Shown here one piece after another: positions 1 through 13,640 of a DNA stretch of 64,000 nucleotides. The notes under the pieces were generated by a model. The model saw only the letters and a program-made list of their open reading frames with translations, did no database searches and had not been told where the DNA came from. A program made the position numbers and the translations under genes. Every line of letters starts with the position of its first letter. Positions within the stretch are counted from its first letter, which is position 1. This DNA is from Eledone cirrhosa (taxonomy: Eukaryota), in NCBI GenBank assembly GCA_964016885.1, contig OZ024741.1:146506001-146570000 (forward strand), in the 5' to 3' direction.

Positions 1-611
1 TTCTGGATTATCTTTGGGGGTTCTCGAGATATGTACATCCATCCCATACTTCCCAGAACAGGTCCCAGAACATCACCAATCTTCTCAGTATTGGATTGAG
101 ACTGCAATATATTTCTCAAATAGGCCCCTCTACATGTCTCTTGTTATTCTGCACAAAGTATGATGTGGTATGATTGCTTTTATTCAATATGATCATACTG
201 TAGTTTTTGGTGGTCTTATTTGTGCCAGTTATAAATTTGGTAATTTTGTCAGAACCATTAGGCATTTTTAGAGGTGGCCTTCACTCACCTCATTGTAACT
301 ACATCGTTGAGAGTTTTCCTGAGAGCCACTAGTGTCACACATTGCCCTATCTCCTCTAGTATCTTACGTTGTTTGACCTGCTAGAGCTTTTTCTTGACAG
401 CTCTGCCCTGCTAAAATATGGATCACAGGTAACAGATAGCAATAGACTCACCAGATGTGGTGGTTAGTTATGATGTATGTGGGCTCCTGCAGAACAAACA
501 GACCAAACAGCTTCCCTAATTTAATCACTTCAATAACTCGGAACACAAAATTCAATATCCAAATGTGTGGAGGGAACTTGATCTGTGAGAAGAGTTGTAA
601 TGTGTACTTTA

Positions 612-1054
612 TCTATCTTTCTATATACTACTAAAACTCTGTGGTTGTGTGCTTGTCTGTAATTTAATACAGCCAAAATGGCACACAATGGGAAAACACT
701 TTGAAAGGAAATTGCTACTAAAATGGAAATACAAATGGAATAAAACAAGTTTTGATTAAATTGGAGCACGGGTTCCCAAGATACGGGGTTTTGTCTGGGT
801 GCCTTCATAAATAGAGAGAGAGAAAGATAGAGAAAGAGATAGTGGTTGCGAGAGAGTAGATTGAAAGAAAGATAGAGAGACAGAAGGAGACATAGAAGGA
901 AAATGGAAGAGTGAGAAAGCTGGTGATGTTGAATGAAATTATAACAGGTGACTTCAAAGAATTGAATACAGCATTACTGTATCTAGCTCGAATCTGGTGA
1001 CTGAATATTAAGTCATATGTATCATATAACTTTTGTTAGCACAGTGTGCATGTG

Positions 1055-1092
<38 letters not shown>

Positions 1093-1100
1093 AGTGTGTG

Positions 1101-1143
<43 letters not shown>

Positions 1144-1347
1144 CTGTGACCAGTGTATATAGGTCACAGACACCCACATATATATATATATGTATACACA
1201 CACACACATACATATATATATGGGCCTTCCAATTTCATTTTATATTATATACATGTCTGTGTTTATTTCAATCATTCAAAAATTATTTTAAAGTGAATAT
1301 GATTTTTAAAAAATATTTTTAAGTGAACATGACTGAACGGGTGATCT
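612..1347 (+). mobile_element. Putative non-autonomous Helitron-like repeat, copy 1 of a head-to-tail pair
   Basis: Starts A|TCTATC...TATACTACTAAAACT. Its body (e.g. AATTTAATACAGCCAAAATG, GAATTGAATACAGCATTACTGTATCTAG) is repeated in 1344-2711. It ends GGTGATCTA at the junction with copy 2. Confidence 0.5.
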
Positions 1348-1589
1348 AATATACCACTAAAACTGTGTGATTGTGTGCTTGTCAGTAATTTAATACAGCC
1401 AAAATGACGCATAATGGGAAAATACTTTGAAGGGAAATTGCCACTAAAATGGGGATACAAATGGAATGAAACAAGTTTTGCATAAATCGGAGCACAAGTT
1501 CCTGAGATACAGGGTTTTGTTTGGGTACCTTCATAAATAGAGGGATAGAAAGAGATAGTGGTTGTGAGAGAGTATATTGAAAGAGAGAC

Positions 1590-1628
<39 letters not shown>

Positions 1629-2711
1629 AAGAGAGAGAGAGAGAGAGAGAGAGGAAAGGAGACAGAGAAGGAAAATGAGAGAGAGAGAGCTGGTGGTTTT
1701 GTTGAATGAAATTATAACAGGCAACTTCAAAGAATTGAATACAGCATTACTGTATCTAGTTCAAATTTGGTGACTGAATATTAAGTCATATGTATCATAT
1801 AACTTGTGTTAGGACAGGATGTGTGTAGTGAATATTTCCTGCTAAATAGTAAAGGTTTCTAAGTGTGTGTGTATGTGTGTGTGTGTGTGTGTGTGTGTTT
1901 GTGTGACCAGTGCATATAGATCACAGACACCCACATATATACACACACACACACATACATATGTATACATGCACACACATATCATCATCATCATCATTTT
2001 ACGTCCGCTTTTCCTTGCTTGCAAGGGTGGGATGGGTCCTTTTCAGCGCAGCATCTCTCCATTCATCACAGTTCTTCGTCATCTCCTCTGTGAGCTTCAG
2101 TAATCTGAGGTGAGCTCTCACCCCTCTGCCCTTGTTTTTCATGGTCTTCATCTACTGCATCTTCCTTCCACCGATATTTCTTGACACTTCTTCACCCAGC
2201 AGTCATTTTCCATGCTCATCACATTGCCATATCAATGCAGTCTTCTCTCCAGCACACTACAGTTTATTCCTCTTATACACAGTTTCACTCTCAACTCGTC
2301 CATGCTTGGTCATTAACACACATTGATATTGCACATCCATCAGAGCATGCTTCATTTCTCTCCAGCTGTCACATATCCTCTGCAGTTGCTGCCCAAGTCT
2401 CACTACCATGCAGCATTGTGTATCTCAGGCATCATACAACCGACCTTTCATTTGTAGGAAGAAACCCTTCATTGTCAACAGAGGAAGCAACTCCCTAAAC
2501 TTCTTCCATCCTGTCCTTCCTGCATTTGAAAAATGTGCCTATCACTGATACTTCTACTATCAATTTTCCCTGAATATCTACTACATATATATACATATAT
2601 ATGAGTATTCCAATTTCATTTTACATATTATACATGTCTGTGTATATTTTAATTATTTAAAAATTATTTTTAAGTGAACATGATTTAAAAAAAATATTTT
2701 TGGTGGTCTAG
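1344..2711 (+). mobile_element. Putative non-autonomous Helitron-like repeat, copy 2 (interrupted by an RTE fragment)
   Basis: Colinear with copy 1 and ends GGTGGTCTAG|T, the Helitron CTRR|T terminus. No clear 3' hairpin seen. Confidence 0.5.
1981..2520 (-). mobile_element. Degenerate RTE-clade LINE 3' fragment with (GAT)n tail
   Basis: Reverse complement resembles the RTE pieces at 3690-4205 and 20100-20926 (CATGGTAGTGAGACTTGGGC; GCAAGGAAAAGCGGACGTAAAATGATGATG). Confidence 0.7.
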
Positions 2712-2726
2712 TTAGTTTAAAATAAT

Positions 2727-2899
2727 TGTTTCTACTTTTGGCACAAGGCCAGCAATTACCCAGTGCATTACTGGTACTTTATTTATCAACCCCGTAAGGA
2801 TGAAAGGCAAAGTTAACCTCGACGGGATTTGAACTCAGACCGTAAAGGGACGTAATTATGCTGGAAAGCATGGTGTCCGACCCTCTACTGCCAATTCAC
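2727..2899 (-). mobile_element. tRNA-derived SINE (Meta/MESC-like central domain) with 19-bp TSD
   Basis: B-box GAGTTCAAATCCC and core GCCTTTCATCCTTACGGGGTTGATAAATAAAGTACC. Direct repeat CTAGTTAGTTTAAAATAAT at 2708-2726 and 2900-2918. Confidence 0.85.
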
Positions 2900-3230
2900 C
2901 TAGTTAGTTTAAAATAATGAAATGCGTGTAGTAAATGTATATTTCATAGCAGCAAATAACACATACTCATACATATACATACGCACACACTTGAAATATG
3001 ATATAGTCTGTTAGTAATAATACACCATAACTTCATACTCCATGCTTCATTATCTAAACATGAAACTTGAAGTAATGATCTATTATCACTAATGGACAGT
3101 ATCATTTATATGTATGTGTTGGTGTGTGTGTGCGTGTTTAGTTACTTGTGTGCAAACTGTAATTATAAAAGAATGAGCCTTCGTTATGTACACATAAATG
3201 TACTTTATATTATTTAAAGTGTGTAACTTT

Positions 3231-3311
3231 CATAGGTACTCAGAGTTTCATGATGGTATCTGATTAATCATAGATTAATCTTGCCTGCACCATCAATCTT
3301 CAGCCTTTATG
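3231..3311 (-). ncRNA. Type I hammerhead ribozyme within an inverted repeat
   Basis: Minus strand: cataaagg CTGAAGA t-tgatggtg...gattaatc-tat-gattaatc...taccatca-t GAAA ct-ctg-ag TA^ cctatg. A partial inverted copy lies at about 3322-3393. Confidence 0.7.
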
Positions 3312-3689
3312 GAAAAATCTTTTGATGATGGTCCATGCAAGATTAACCTACTATGATTAATTGGGTACCATCATGAAACTGAGTATCTATGAAAACATTG
3401 GCTTAGTTGTCAAAAAATTCCAGCTTTGGAAACAGAACAGGAATGTAGCCCAGCTCAGTCTGTAGAAAAGAAGTAGTAACTCTATATGATGTACACAATG
3501 TAAATTTTTCGATGCAGAAGAGGTGTAATGGGACACTAGGCAGACTAACAGAAAAGGTAAACTTTGTATGTGGCAGATGCATAGAGATAGTTAGTACTAA
3601 GAGCATCAGTAAAATAAATGTTTTCTAATTCCAGGAAGGTTGTATAGAAGTGAAATAGTAACTTCTGCTTTCTAGGTGATCAAATTAGT

Positions 3690-4205
3690 AGGGAAGAAGG
3701 CTGCACCAAGAGGAACAGGATGAAAAACGTTCAAAGAACTACTACCCCTGTAGAAGAAAGGCTAGCTCTATGTATGAAGTGTCATTTTGCATGGTAGTGA
3801 GATATGGCCAACAAATGCAGAGCATATGTGATGACTGGAGAGAAATGAAGCAAACGTGCTTTGATGGATGTAAAATGTTAATAAGCATGAAAGGCAAAGC
3901 ATAGATGAGCTGAGAGAGAGACTGTATATAAGAGGAATTAGATGTAGTGTGCAGGCGATAAGACTGCACAGTTATGGTCAATTGATACACATGGATGATG
4001 ATCATTAGGTGGAGATGAGCCAAAACATTGCAGTAGAAGTGTGCTATAGGAGGAGGCAAAAGAAGTCATAAGCAGAAGTTGAGAGAGCTGATTTCAAATC
4101 ACTGAATCTCACAGCTAGGTTGACAAAAGATCATGATAAATGGGGAGATGCTGTGCTGGAAAGGACCTTCCAACCTATGCAAGTAAAATGGTAATGATGG
4201 TGATA
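3690..4205 (+). mobile_element. Degenerate RTE LINE 3' fragment
   Basis: GCATGGTAGTGAGATATGG, GATGTAGTGTGCAGG...AGACTG and a CAACCTATGCAAG...ATGATG end, like other RTE copies here. Confidence 0.65.
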
Positions 4206-5786
4206 ATGTTGGAAGACAGATGTAGACTGGAAAATGTATGCAGAATCATACAGCTTCCTACACTGTACACTGTCTACACAAATGTAGACTTTACCTAGAT
4301 AGATAGTATAGAATGTTTGGCATCCATTAATATTAGTACAATACAAAATTTGTTTAAAGCAATGAGTAGACATTTTATATAATCTCTAGGGAAGGTATCA
4401 GATAGATAAATATATCTAGTGACAGACCATAGTATAAATTTCTTCTACCAAATCTTGAATATCTTGAAAAAACATCAGCTAAAGGTATTTCTATCTTACT
4501 GTTTTTAAAAGTATTTATAAACTATTTTAAAAATGAAGAAAGAATTATATTTACACTTATCATTTTAGTGGCTGAATGGTTAGGGTCCTGGGCAGGTCTC
4601 ACAATCATAGGTTTGATTCTCAGACCAATTGATGCATTGGCAGTTTACTTCTTAAGCAAGGCAGTTTACTTCAAACTGCTCCAGTTCACTCAGCTGGAAA
4701 TTAGTACCAATTGCAGCTTGGGAGGAAGGAAAGCTTTGTAATGTGCTGGCATCCCATATTATATTCTCAGTTGCTTAACACCTATGAAACTTTGATCAGC
4801 TTAAAGCTGATCAAAGTTCAACCTATGCAAGCATAGAAAAATGAATGTTACATGATAACTAAAACTTATTAGGGTGGTATATTGGCAGACTTATTAGAGC
4901 AATGGATAAAATTAAATTACAGTATTTAGCTGCTGGTTTTTACTTTTATAATTTCAAATTTAGCTGAAGTTAACTTTGTCATTCACCCTTCTACAACAAT
5001 GACTCGTTCTAAGACCATTTAACTTGTTAAAGCAAGGGTTAGCCCTGTGAGTTCTATGACAGGCTTCATAGTCATCATGGAGTCTATTTTTGGACAATGT
5101 TTTACAACCAGATACTCTTCCTACTACCAATTTTTTTAGTTACTTCCAACAACATGCAGGGATATGGTGTACCTATTCTAAACTGGATACACACAGAAAT
5201 GAATGCATTAAAAGCATATCTCTATAAAATTTTATTTAAAATATACATTATTAAGAAAATTATGAGGAAACAAAATTTCAGAAAGTAAAACGATTATTGC
5301 TTTCAAACACAAGCAAAATATATTTATTGCTTCATGTATATATGTAAAAATAATTTCATTTTCTAATATGTCTATTACAGAAAACAATATTTAGTTAACT
5401 TGGAAGTATTTAATTAGAAACAAAACGGTACTAATTAAAATTAAAATATTAATAACATTATTATGAGTTTCAAAATTATTTACTTTAGATAGATATTGCA
5501 TTGGAAAAACAACATGTTTTTTTCATATAGATAAAGTTAAAATGAAACAAAACTCAGATGTGAAGAACTGTCAAGATGAATGCAGTCTGCAGTAAATTAG
5601 TTTAATATTGAATGATAATATTTGAGATAATATTTTCAAATCAACAATTAAACTAGATTTCCATATAAAAATATATTTACATTGAAACCTTTTAAAATTT
5701 ACTATGTGTATTTCATAGTAAATAACAAATCTGTGGAGTAGAAGTTACATAGTTATATATTTCTTCCATTATTTCTAGGATGGTAG

Positions 5787-5948
5787 AGTGTCAGACACCA
5801 TGCTTTGCAGCATAGTGTTTTGGCCCTTTACGTTCTGAGTTCAAATCCAACCGCGGTTAGCTTTGCCTTTCATCCTTACGGGGTTGATAAAATAAAGCAC
5901 CAGTAATGCACTGGGGTAATTGCAAGCCTTGTGCCTAAAGTAGAAACA
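5787..5948 (+). mobile_element. tRNA-derived SINE (Meta/MESC-like) with 19-bp TSD
   Basis: GAGTTCAAATCC...GCCTTTCATCCTTACGGGGTTGATAAAATAAAGCACC. TSD ATTATTTCTAGGATGGTAG at 5768-5786 and 5949-5967. Confidence 0.85.
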
Positions 5949-7734
5949 ATTATTTCTAGGATGGTAGTGCGTTTTGAAGAAGATGTGACTCCTATTTCTA
6001 GTAGGTTGAATGACCACATAGAGGCACCTTCATTATTCTATAAATAAAACTCTTGTTTTTCTTTAGTTACTAGTCAGCCCTGATTGAGATGATTAAAGGC
6101 ATTTCAACCATTATGACCTTGAAACAACAGGGTGTAATTTGAAGGCAATTGGTTGCAATTTATAGCAGATTGAAAGAACATGAAGGGACTCCTTTATTGT
6201 CTCAGTACTTTTACTTATTGGTGAAACCCTAGGTGATTTGGATAATATAACTAAATAATGTCAAGGCTCTTTTCAGAATTGCTTTTATTCTTCTCTATAA
6301 AACATGGTTGTAAGTATGAACAGTTGTAGGATAATGGCAGTAAGACAAACATTAAATGGTAATATAATGAAATATGGAGAAGTCATTGGAGTTGAACAGA
6401 GAATGCAGGTGAATAAGCAGGCTTTGTGTCAACTTTAATTGTATTTATTAACAGCCATATCTTCTATAGATGGATTCACCAGCTATTGTAATTAGATAGG
6501 GACATGCTGATTTAGACTCCCAAGAGTAGCAGCTATCCAGAATGATAACACCTATATGGTTATAGACTGTTTTTGTGTCTAGCTTATTGTAACATCAATG
6601 TGTATTATTCTATGAAATATTTCACATGTCTCTTTCACTGAATTTACCTACATATACTACATTCATATTCACAAAATCCAATATCTCTCAAGCTTTGTAG
6701 TTATTTATGCATCACCCACAATGTACAATAGTCAAAGTAGCACGTGTGAATTTTGTTCACCTTACAGAAGTTTGATAATAGAAGGCAATTTTAAAAATTT
6801 ACAGGTAGCACGTTCTTATTATCATATACAGAATAGTGGAAATAGCCAGACCAAATGTGCATAGAACTAAAGCTACTATTGTATTCAGCTTCTCTTTCAT
6901 TAAATGTTTAAATCTAACCACAGGCAACATTACTTTTCATTCCTCTATAGTAGACATAAAAATATACCAGAAATATAAAATCAAATTAAAGTCTGTCTTA
7001 AGCCCAGAGGTTAGGTGTTAAACAAATCTGAGTCACCCCCTAATCCCAGCTTGATGGGATGCTTGTCCATTGCAGAGTTAACACTTAACTGATGCTGGCA
7101 TTCAATTATTTTCAGCTGATTACTTTGGAGAAATAAAGCTCATGAAGTATCTTACTCAAGAACACAATGCACGTGGTCTGGAAATGAAGCTCATGCCTTC
7201 ACACTAGAAATATAGCAAGATCAATTCAGTTGACCCACTCTGACGTATATAATATTTGCAGAGATATCCAGCAATTGCCAGGTATTCTATGAAAATAAAT
7301 ATATATTTTAGTACATATTACAAAATATTTGACCAGTAAAATAGCATTACTGTATTTTCACTGAAGTAGGATTTATAGCAGAATTTTCATTGTCGCTTGT
7401 TCAATGCAAAGTATCTTCATAAAAATATTAGTTTTATCCAGTGGTGTTGCTGTACACTTTTTACAGTTGGCATATATAATGCTTCACCCATAGATGAATC
7501 ATACATACCTGAAACAGTAGGGTATTATTTGAAGGATCTTTGGTGGCTATTTCTAACAGGTCTAGCTACCACACAAAGGTCTCTTATACTACTTTATATA
7601 GCAGAGATACCTGAGCTTACCTGCATATTCTTCCAAAGTCACATGATGCAGTAAAGTTGTGACTTCAGAATTATTTACAAACTTTACATATGACCAAGGG
7701 ATTAAGATATATGTGTATTGTCATTGAAGTAGGA

Positions 7735-10090
7735 ATAATGATCTTGTCTTGATCATGTATTTGTTCATTCCAAAGGCTCTGGATAAACAACATTCTTGGT
7801 TTGGCCCTGTGGTGCTACAATGAAGAGACAATCAATGTTTCCAACCCTTGTAGTACCAACATAAAGCTGACTATGTGAAAAGACAGGATATGCCAGGTTT
7901 TACCCAATGACTTTCAATGATTGCTTTTGAAATTTATAGATGATCATGGCAAAACTGAGTTTTATAGGAAATTGAAGCCTTTGAAATTCAAATTTCTAAT
8001 CAGTTGGCTTCAGAGGTATTCTGGGAATGAAACAATTGTCACTAGCAAATTTTCCTGACATGATTGTGACTTCGATGACATAAGCATCTTATTTTTGATG
8101 AGTTGTACCATTGCAGAGCTTTGGAGAATCTAGACTATGAAGTAGCATAAACAATATTCCAAGCTTCACTATCATGTCTTGTGGAGGAAACTTTGCCAGT
8201 TTACAGCTGTTCAAAATTTCAGTTGGATAATTTACAACCTGGTCTTGGTAGGGGACTGTGTCTACTAATTTGTAGCCTCTTTTCACTCCCAGTAATATGT
8301 CCAGTAGCCTTCTGTTGATTTCTTTCACAGTAGTATTTTTCAGTGCTAAGATTGCTCATTCACAGAGACATTTGAAATTACATTTTCTGATCTGAATGTT
8401 TGGAAAGACTTTGGCAATCAGTGTTTCTGCAGTGCTACTTGAAGCTACAGCAAGGGTAATATGTAGCCTTTGGTGAACCTTAACAAGCAGGAGGTTTAGG
8501 AGGAATGTCTTATCTTAGGAGGAATCTCTTCATTGATGAAGAAAAGTCCTCCCCTGTAATTTTCAATGTTTTCCATGACATTGTGTAAGCATGTTTCTGG
8601 TTATCCACCAATAGTGGTTCACTTTCATCCACAAATGTATACACGGCTTGAATAACATTTAAAATTTATTGTGCTACATCCATTTATTCATCTTGATCTG
8701 TCATTCCACAGTTAGCTAATATGCTATTTATTGCCTGACCTACATGCTTCTTGGTATGTTGTGTACACCCTTCATCCGAAGCACCTGAGATCCTCAAATG
8801 ACATTGGTCCTTGAACAATATGCAGAAGTAGCTGTAGATAAAACTATTCTCTGTTGTTGGGGTGGACATTGTAAATATGCCCAACAGCATCACTTGCCTT
8901 AACTTCATGTCCTTCTGCTAAATTACCCTACTTCTCTCAATTCCAGGTCTTGCAAGTTGTTGAGGTGTAGTATGTTGGAATCTCAGGGTGCAGGAGGGAT
9001 TGAGTAAATTCATCATTCTGGTAGAGTTTTCAAAAAGTAGTTAGAGTAGTTTTTTCAGTGTTGCTTATTCCAACTGATGAGCAGTGGTCTCTGTAAAGCA
9101 CTTTCTCTGACCACTCTCCAGATGGGCTGCTAGGTTTACCACTGATGGGTGAAGTTGGTGGATATCAATTCCAAAGATCCACCATATAGCTTCATTGCTG
9201 GATATGTATTGATCTGTTTGATACCATCTGACCGCATCTAGCCCACCATCATTGAGTTCCTTGTCTGTAACAAAGGTAGCCATATCACTGCCCTTGTTGA
9301 TATATTTTGTGACATATTGTATTGCCTTGACAGAATTGCAATACTCAACACTGATATGAAGTAGAAGTATACACAACATGTCATGTAGGACTACCCATTG
9401 ATTGTCTATGGCCAGCTCCTCTCCTTGAGTTGTTAGGTTTGCTGTATCATCTCCATGTTCTGGTCTACGCCTACAATAAAGACGTAATCCATCATTGTCA
9501 GTCTGAATTTCCTGAATAAAAGCTCTCAGATGATTTTTGCTGCATTTTTTATCTTGCAGGGTGAGGCTGGATTCGTTACTCCACATGGACCATAGAGGAA
9601 TTTGGTCTTGATAGTTTCAAAGAGCTCTGTATCACAATCTTTGTTGGGCAACTCTGCTAAAATTATCTTGTTGACATCAACTGGTCTTATCTTCTTGCAT
9701 CAGATTAGTCTGTGAGAGTAAGAAATTCCTTGCTTCTGCCATTCAATAGGGGTCATCCAGGCACCAAAATGATCTCTTCTTTTAGGAGCAAGAAGACTTT
9801 TTTTCTTTTTTGTTGCTTTCAATGGAACACCTGAGCAATGAGGTCATGCTGACTTTAAAATAGTTCATTGGAGATTTTTGTCCAGTTTGAATTGTATGTA
9901 AATGTAATGAAGAGATCTTGTGAACCAAAGTTTCTCACATGAATTCATGCATGTATCATGGTCCTGTGAAGCTTGATGGTAGTATGACTAGCTGGCCAAT
10001 ATTTCTTGGGTCACCATCAGAATTGATGGCATCTCTAAGGTGGATGTAGTTCTCTGCTTATTTTGATTCCTTTGCAGGAAACAACCCTTC
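7735..10090 (-). pseudogene. Decayed autonomous Helitron Rep/PIF1-helicase coding relic
   Basis: Manual minus-strand translation gives Rep motif 1 (HVRNFGSQDLFITFTYNSNW), motif 2 (IEWQKQGISYSH), ORF 9065-9586 (EYCNSVKAIQYVTKYINKGSD...ISSNEAIWWIFG...HLESGQR) and helicase C-terminal motifs (PKLCNGT, QFPIKLSFAM, VFSHSQLYVG). Many stops and frameshifts. Confidence 0.9.
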
Positions 10091-11209
10091 TACCAGGAAT
10101 TGGCTGGTTACTTCTTTAAGTTGCAGAACTTAGTCTCTTTTAATATATAACACTGAGTGACATCTATTGCTGAGACTTATCTAACATATAACTCATAACG
10201 TTTATACTGGCTGCATTATCTATTTATAAACTTTGGCACTAGCAGAAATTACATTCTGCATTGTAGTTTACTCCATAACACAATATATTTACTTTTAATC
10301 TTTTCAAAAGTGAACAAGATTACTTAACTTTAGTAGGTTTCATATCTTCAGCAAAATTGGTTCAGAAATACATTGAAACTGACTATAATTGAAAAGTGTA
10401 CCAAAATAAACAGTGACTGAAATAGTAAAGTATATTTGCAATAGCAATGATGGATAGATGGTGCACACCTTTAACCATACCTAGAAGATTCCATGAATAC
10501 TGATCTGAAAAACAATTTAATTAAAACCTGCTGAATATTTACCAAAGTCTCTGTTGATTCCTTTAAGATTTTGTTTAAATAGAATTGGTTGTTTTATAGC
10601 TATAGGCATTTATCAGTTATTTCTATCAATGGAACTTTCTACTGATGTTTTTCATTGTAGGCTTCATTTTTCCTTATTAAGTAGTTGTTCTTTTTGTTTA
10701 ATTCATTCTTTTTCTTAATGTCTGCCTGACCTAGACTATTAGTTGCAAAGAAAATAATTTGCTATAGTCTGTGTTAAAATTTGAAAAACAAAAAAACATA
10801 TACATTCAAAAACTGCAAATGAATTTTGGATGTAGTCTCAGCAAGATTCAGTGAAGTTGGTTTTAACTAACAAACTAGAAGTTTCTTCTTACTACAATGT
10901 TGCTACAATTAATCCTCCCTCGGTGATATGTTAAGCTTTTTGATACCAACCCACATGGAAATGCATATGGTTTTATTATACAAATCTGACTAATTTCAAG
11001 TGTTTTTAATAATGAAAAAGTGAAGATATATTATTAAATCCCTCCACATTCTTTATTAATTTCAAACTTTATTGAAATATTGATTATTTATTGCATTAAA
11101 ATTATGATAATGAAATAAATAAATCATAAATATTGTACTATCAGTTTGTCTGAAAATAATATTTTATACCTATTAAAATGTATCTACTTTTATTATTTGC
11201 TTTATCAGT

Positions 11210-11418
11210 GGATTGGCAGTATCAGTAGAGAGTCGGACACCATGCTTTGCAGCATAGAATTACGGTCCTTTATGGTCTGAGTTCAAATCCTGCCGAGGTT
11301 AACTTTGCCTTTCATCCTTACTGGGTCGATAAAATAAAGCACCAGTAACGTACTGGGGTTGATTTAATCGACTTACCCCTCCCCCCAAATTACTGGCCTT
11401 GTGTCTACACTAGAAATC
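11210..11418 (+). mobile_element. tRNA-derived SINE (Meta/MESC-like) with 18-bp TSD
   Basis: Same family as 2727 and 5787. TSD ATTATTTGCTTTATCAGT at 11192-11209 and 11419-11436. Confidence 0.85.
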
Positions 11419-11539
11419 ATTATTTGCTTTATCAGTATTATTGTGAGATCACAAATTACAAAGTCTACAAAGACAAGAATTCAGTCCTTTATTATATTTC
11501 TCTGTATTCAATGCCTGTCTCTATTTACCACATGAAGAT

Positions 11540-11948
11540 AGATAGCAATGGGAAATGAGCAATGAATGCAGGGGATGAGTGAAAGAAATTGCACTAATAT
11601 GCTCTGCTGGATGTGTAATGTGCATTTAATGAATTTAATGCACAGATGAGTTGAAGAAAAACTGGGCTCAGATGCGGTGTACAAGAGATAAAATTGCACT
11701 AGCATGGACATGCAATGCAGAGGGATAATGATCGTCGGGAAAAATATTGCCAGGAGCTCCAAGTAAGAAGCTAACTTGAGAAGAGAAAGACCAATAAAAA
11801 CCTGAATAAATGTGGTGAGAGCTGACCAAAAGATGCTACACCTCACAGAGGAGATGAAGGAATGCAATAAGTGAATGAATCCAGTGCTAGAGAAGACTCA
11901 TCCAACCCATGCAAGCATGGAAAGGCAAACATATAAATGATGTTGATG
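11540..11948 (+). mobile_element. Degenerate RTE LINE 3' fragment
   Basis: GATGCGGTGTACAAGAG...GCACTAGCATGGACATG; end CCAACCCATGCAAGCATGGAAAGGCAAACAT...ATGATG. Confidence 0.6.
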
Positions 11949-13329
11949 TATTTTGTTCTCCACTAAAACAATTCTTTCACTCCACTGCCAGCGACTAGTA
12001 CTTTATTTTATTTACCCCAAAAGGATGAAAGTCAAATTTGACTTTAAGCAGGATTTGAATGCAAAAAGCCAGAACACTAACAATTCTGCCAATCCAATTA
12101 GAAATACTGAAAAAATATTCTGATAAATATGTTTTTTTTTAATACTAACTGATGCTCACACTTTGCTACTGATGAAACTAATTAATAATGAACTTGACGA
12201 TGATGATGATGATGACGACAACAGCAGCATTGATGATGATGTTGAATCACGTATTAGTAGTGAGGAGAGTCAAAGTTACAATACATTATTAGCCACATGT
12301 TAATAGCAATGTAAAGCTATCACTAAACTAACTGGCAATCTTACAGAATTCCAAAACTAAGTTAGCACAACAATACATCGGTAGTAAATCATACAAAGAG
12401 TCAATTTGGATTAGCTCCACATGGCTATCAGTTTACAAAGCATCCAGGAATACCGTCTTTTGAACATCTAGATTGAGTTCTGTGCAATGGCCCAATAAGA
12501 CGCTGTTAGCACCGAAATTAGAAAAGAACAAGCCAAAATGTCTATCCATTGATCCAAACCTATGTAAAGAGGATGCCACTTAACTAGAGTGTTTGTTTCT
12601 ACATCAGAAATGATTTAATTGTTTCAATGTTTCAATCACAGTTGTTAGTTTTAATGACACAAGTTGAACTATGAAAAAAACAAAACAATTCACTGCTATT
12701 TATGGTGTTTATGAATATAAAATTGGAGTGAGATATTAAGAGTTAATGAAAGAGAATATATTAAATAAATAGATAAATAAATGAAAATATCTGGACACAA
12801 GTTCTCAGCTAATCACAGTTTTGTTGTTACTGTTAATGATACTGCTGCTGTTTACATCTCCCCAATATAGTTTTGTATTGATCTCATTGTCCTATTGTGA
12901 ACACAATAACAATTAACATGATTACCAAGAGTAAAATAGTAACTTTTTGTATTATCTTCATTAAGTAAATTAATTGCTCTCACAGGACTAGTTTTTAAAA
13001 AATTATTCTCTAATAATTCATCTCACAGACGAATTATTAGGTAAGAGAACATTTTTTTATTCAGAGTTACTTCTCACCTAAATGGATTGTCTTCACTGCA
13101 GGTTATGGAAACCATGTCACCTATTTATTCGGCATTACTGTACTCCTAGATGGGTTGCCTTCACTGTGGCTTTATGGAGCCCATGTCTAACTCATTTTAT
13201 GACTATCTCATGGTAATCTATAGATACTCCTGCATTGATATGAAGATGGAGTCTTTTAGTAGTTTTAGTGGTACTCCAATGATAATATGGGATATTCCAT
13301 TATAATACAAATGGAATGCCTTCTGTTGG

Positions 13330-13640
13330 TTTTGATGATGAGTGTTCCTGTTGTTTGATCAATGAAATAGCGTACTCATAAAATTAGCATGTAAGTGGCT
13401 GAGCATTTCTTAGACAAATGCATCCTTTTATATAATTCTTGGGGAGATTCAGCATAACATAGTATGTGATAAAACCGGACCTTTGAATTACAAAACTTCC
13501 AAATCGTTCCCTTCTACCAAATTTCACTCACAAAACTTGGGTCAGCTATGGTAAATGACATTTGCTCAAGGTGCCAAGCAGTGGGATTGAACCTAGGACT
13601 TTATGATTGCAATACAAATTTATTAGCCATTCACACATGC
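13330..13640 (-). mobile_element. Degenerate tRNA-derived SINE with CORE-like domain
   Basis: Minus strand shows GGTTCAATCCCACTGCTTGGCACCTTGAGCAAATG. A related copy lies at 14332-14470 (+). Confidence 0.55.

Noticed and set aside
283-510. Minus-strand pattern of two small exons (TTCTGCAG acceptor, two GTGAGT donors)
   Set aside because: All spliced frames hit stops and the intron would be only ~44 nt. No coding support.
12127-12560. Poly-Asp frame on plus and a hydrophobic GLDQWIDILACSFLISVLTASYWAIAQNSI* frame on minus
   Set aside because: Both are short and bounded by stops. The Asp run is a (GAT)n microsatellite, and I see no partner exons or recognisable homology.
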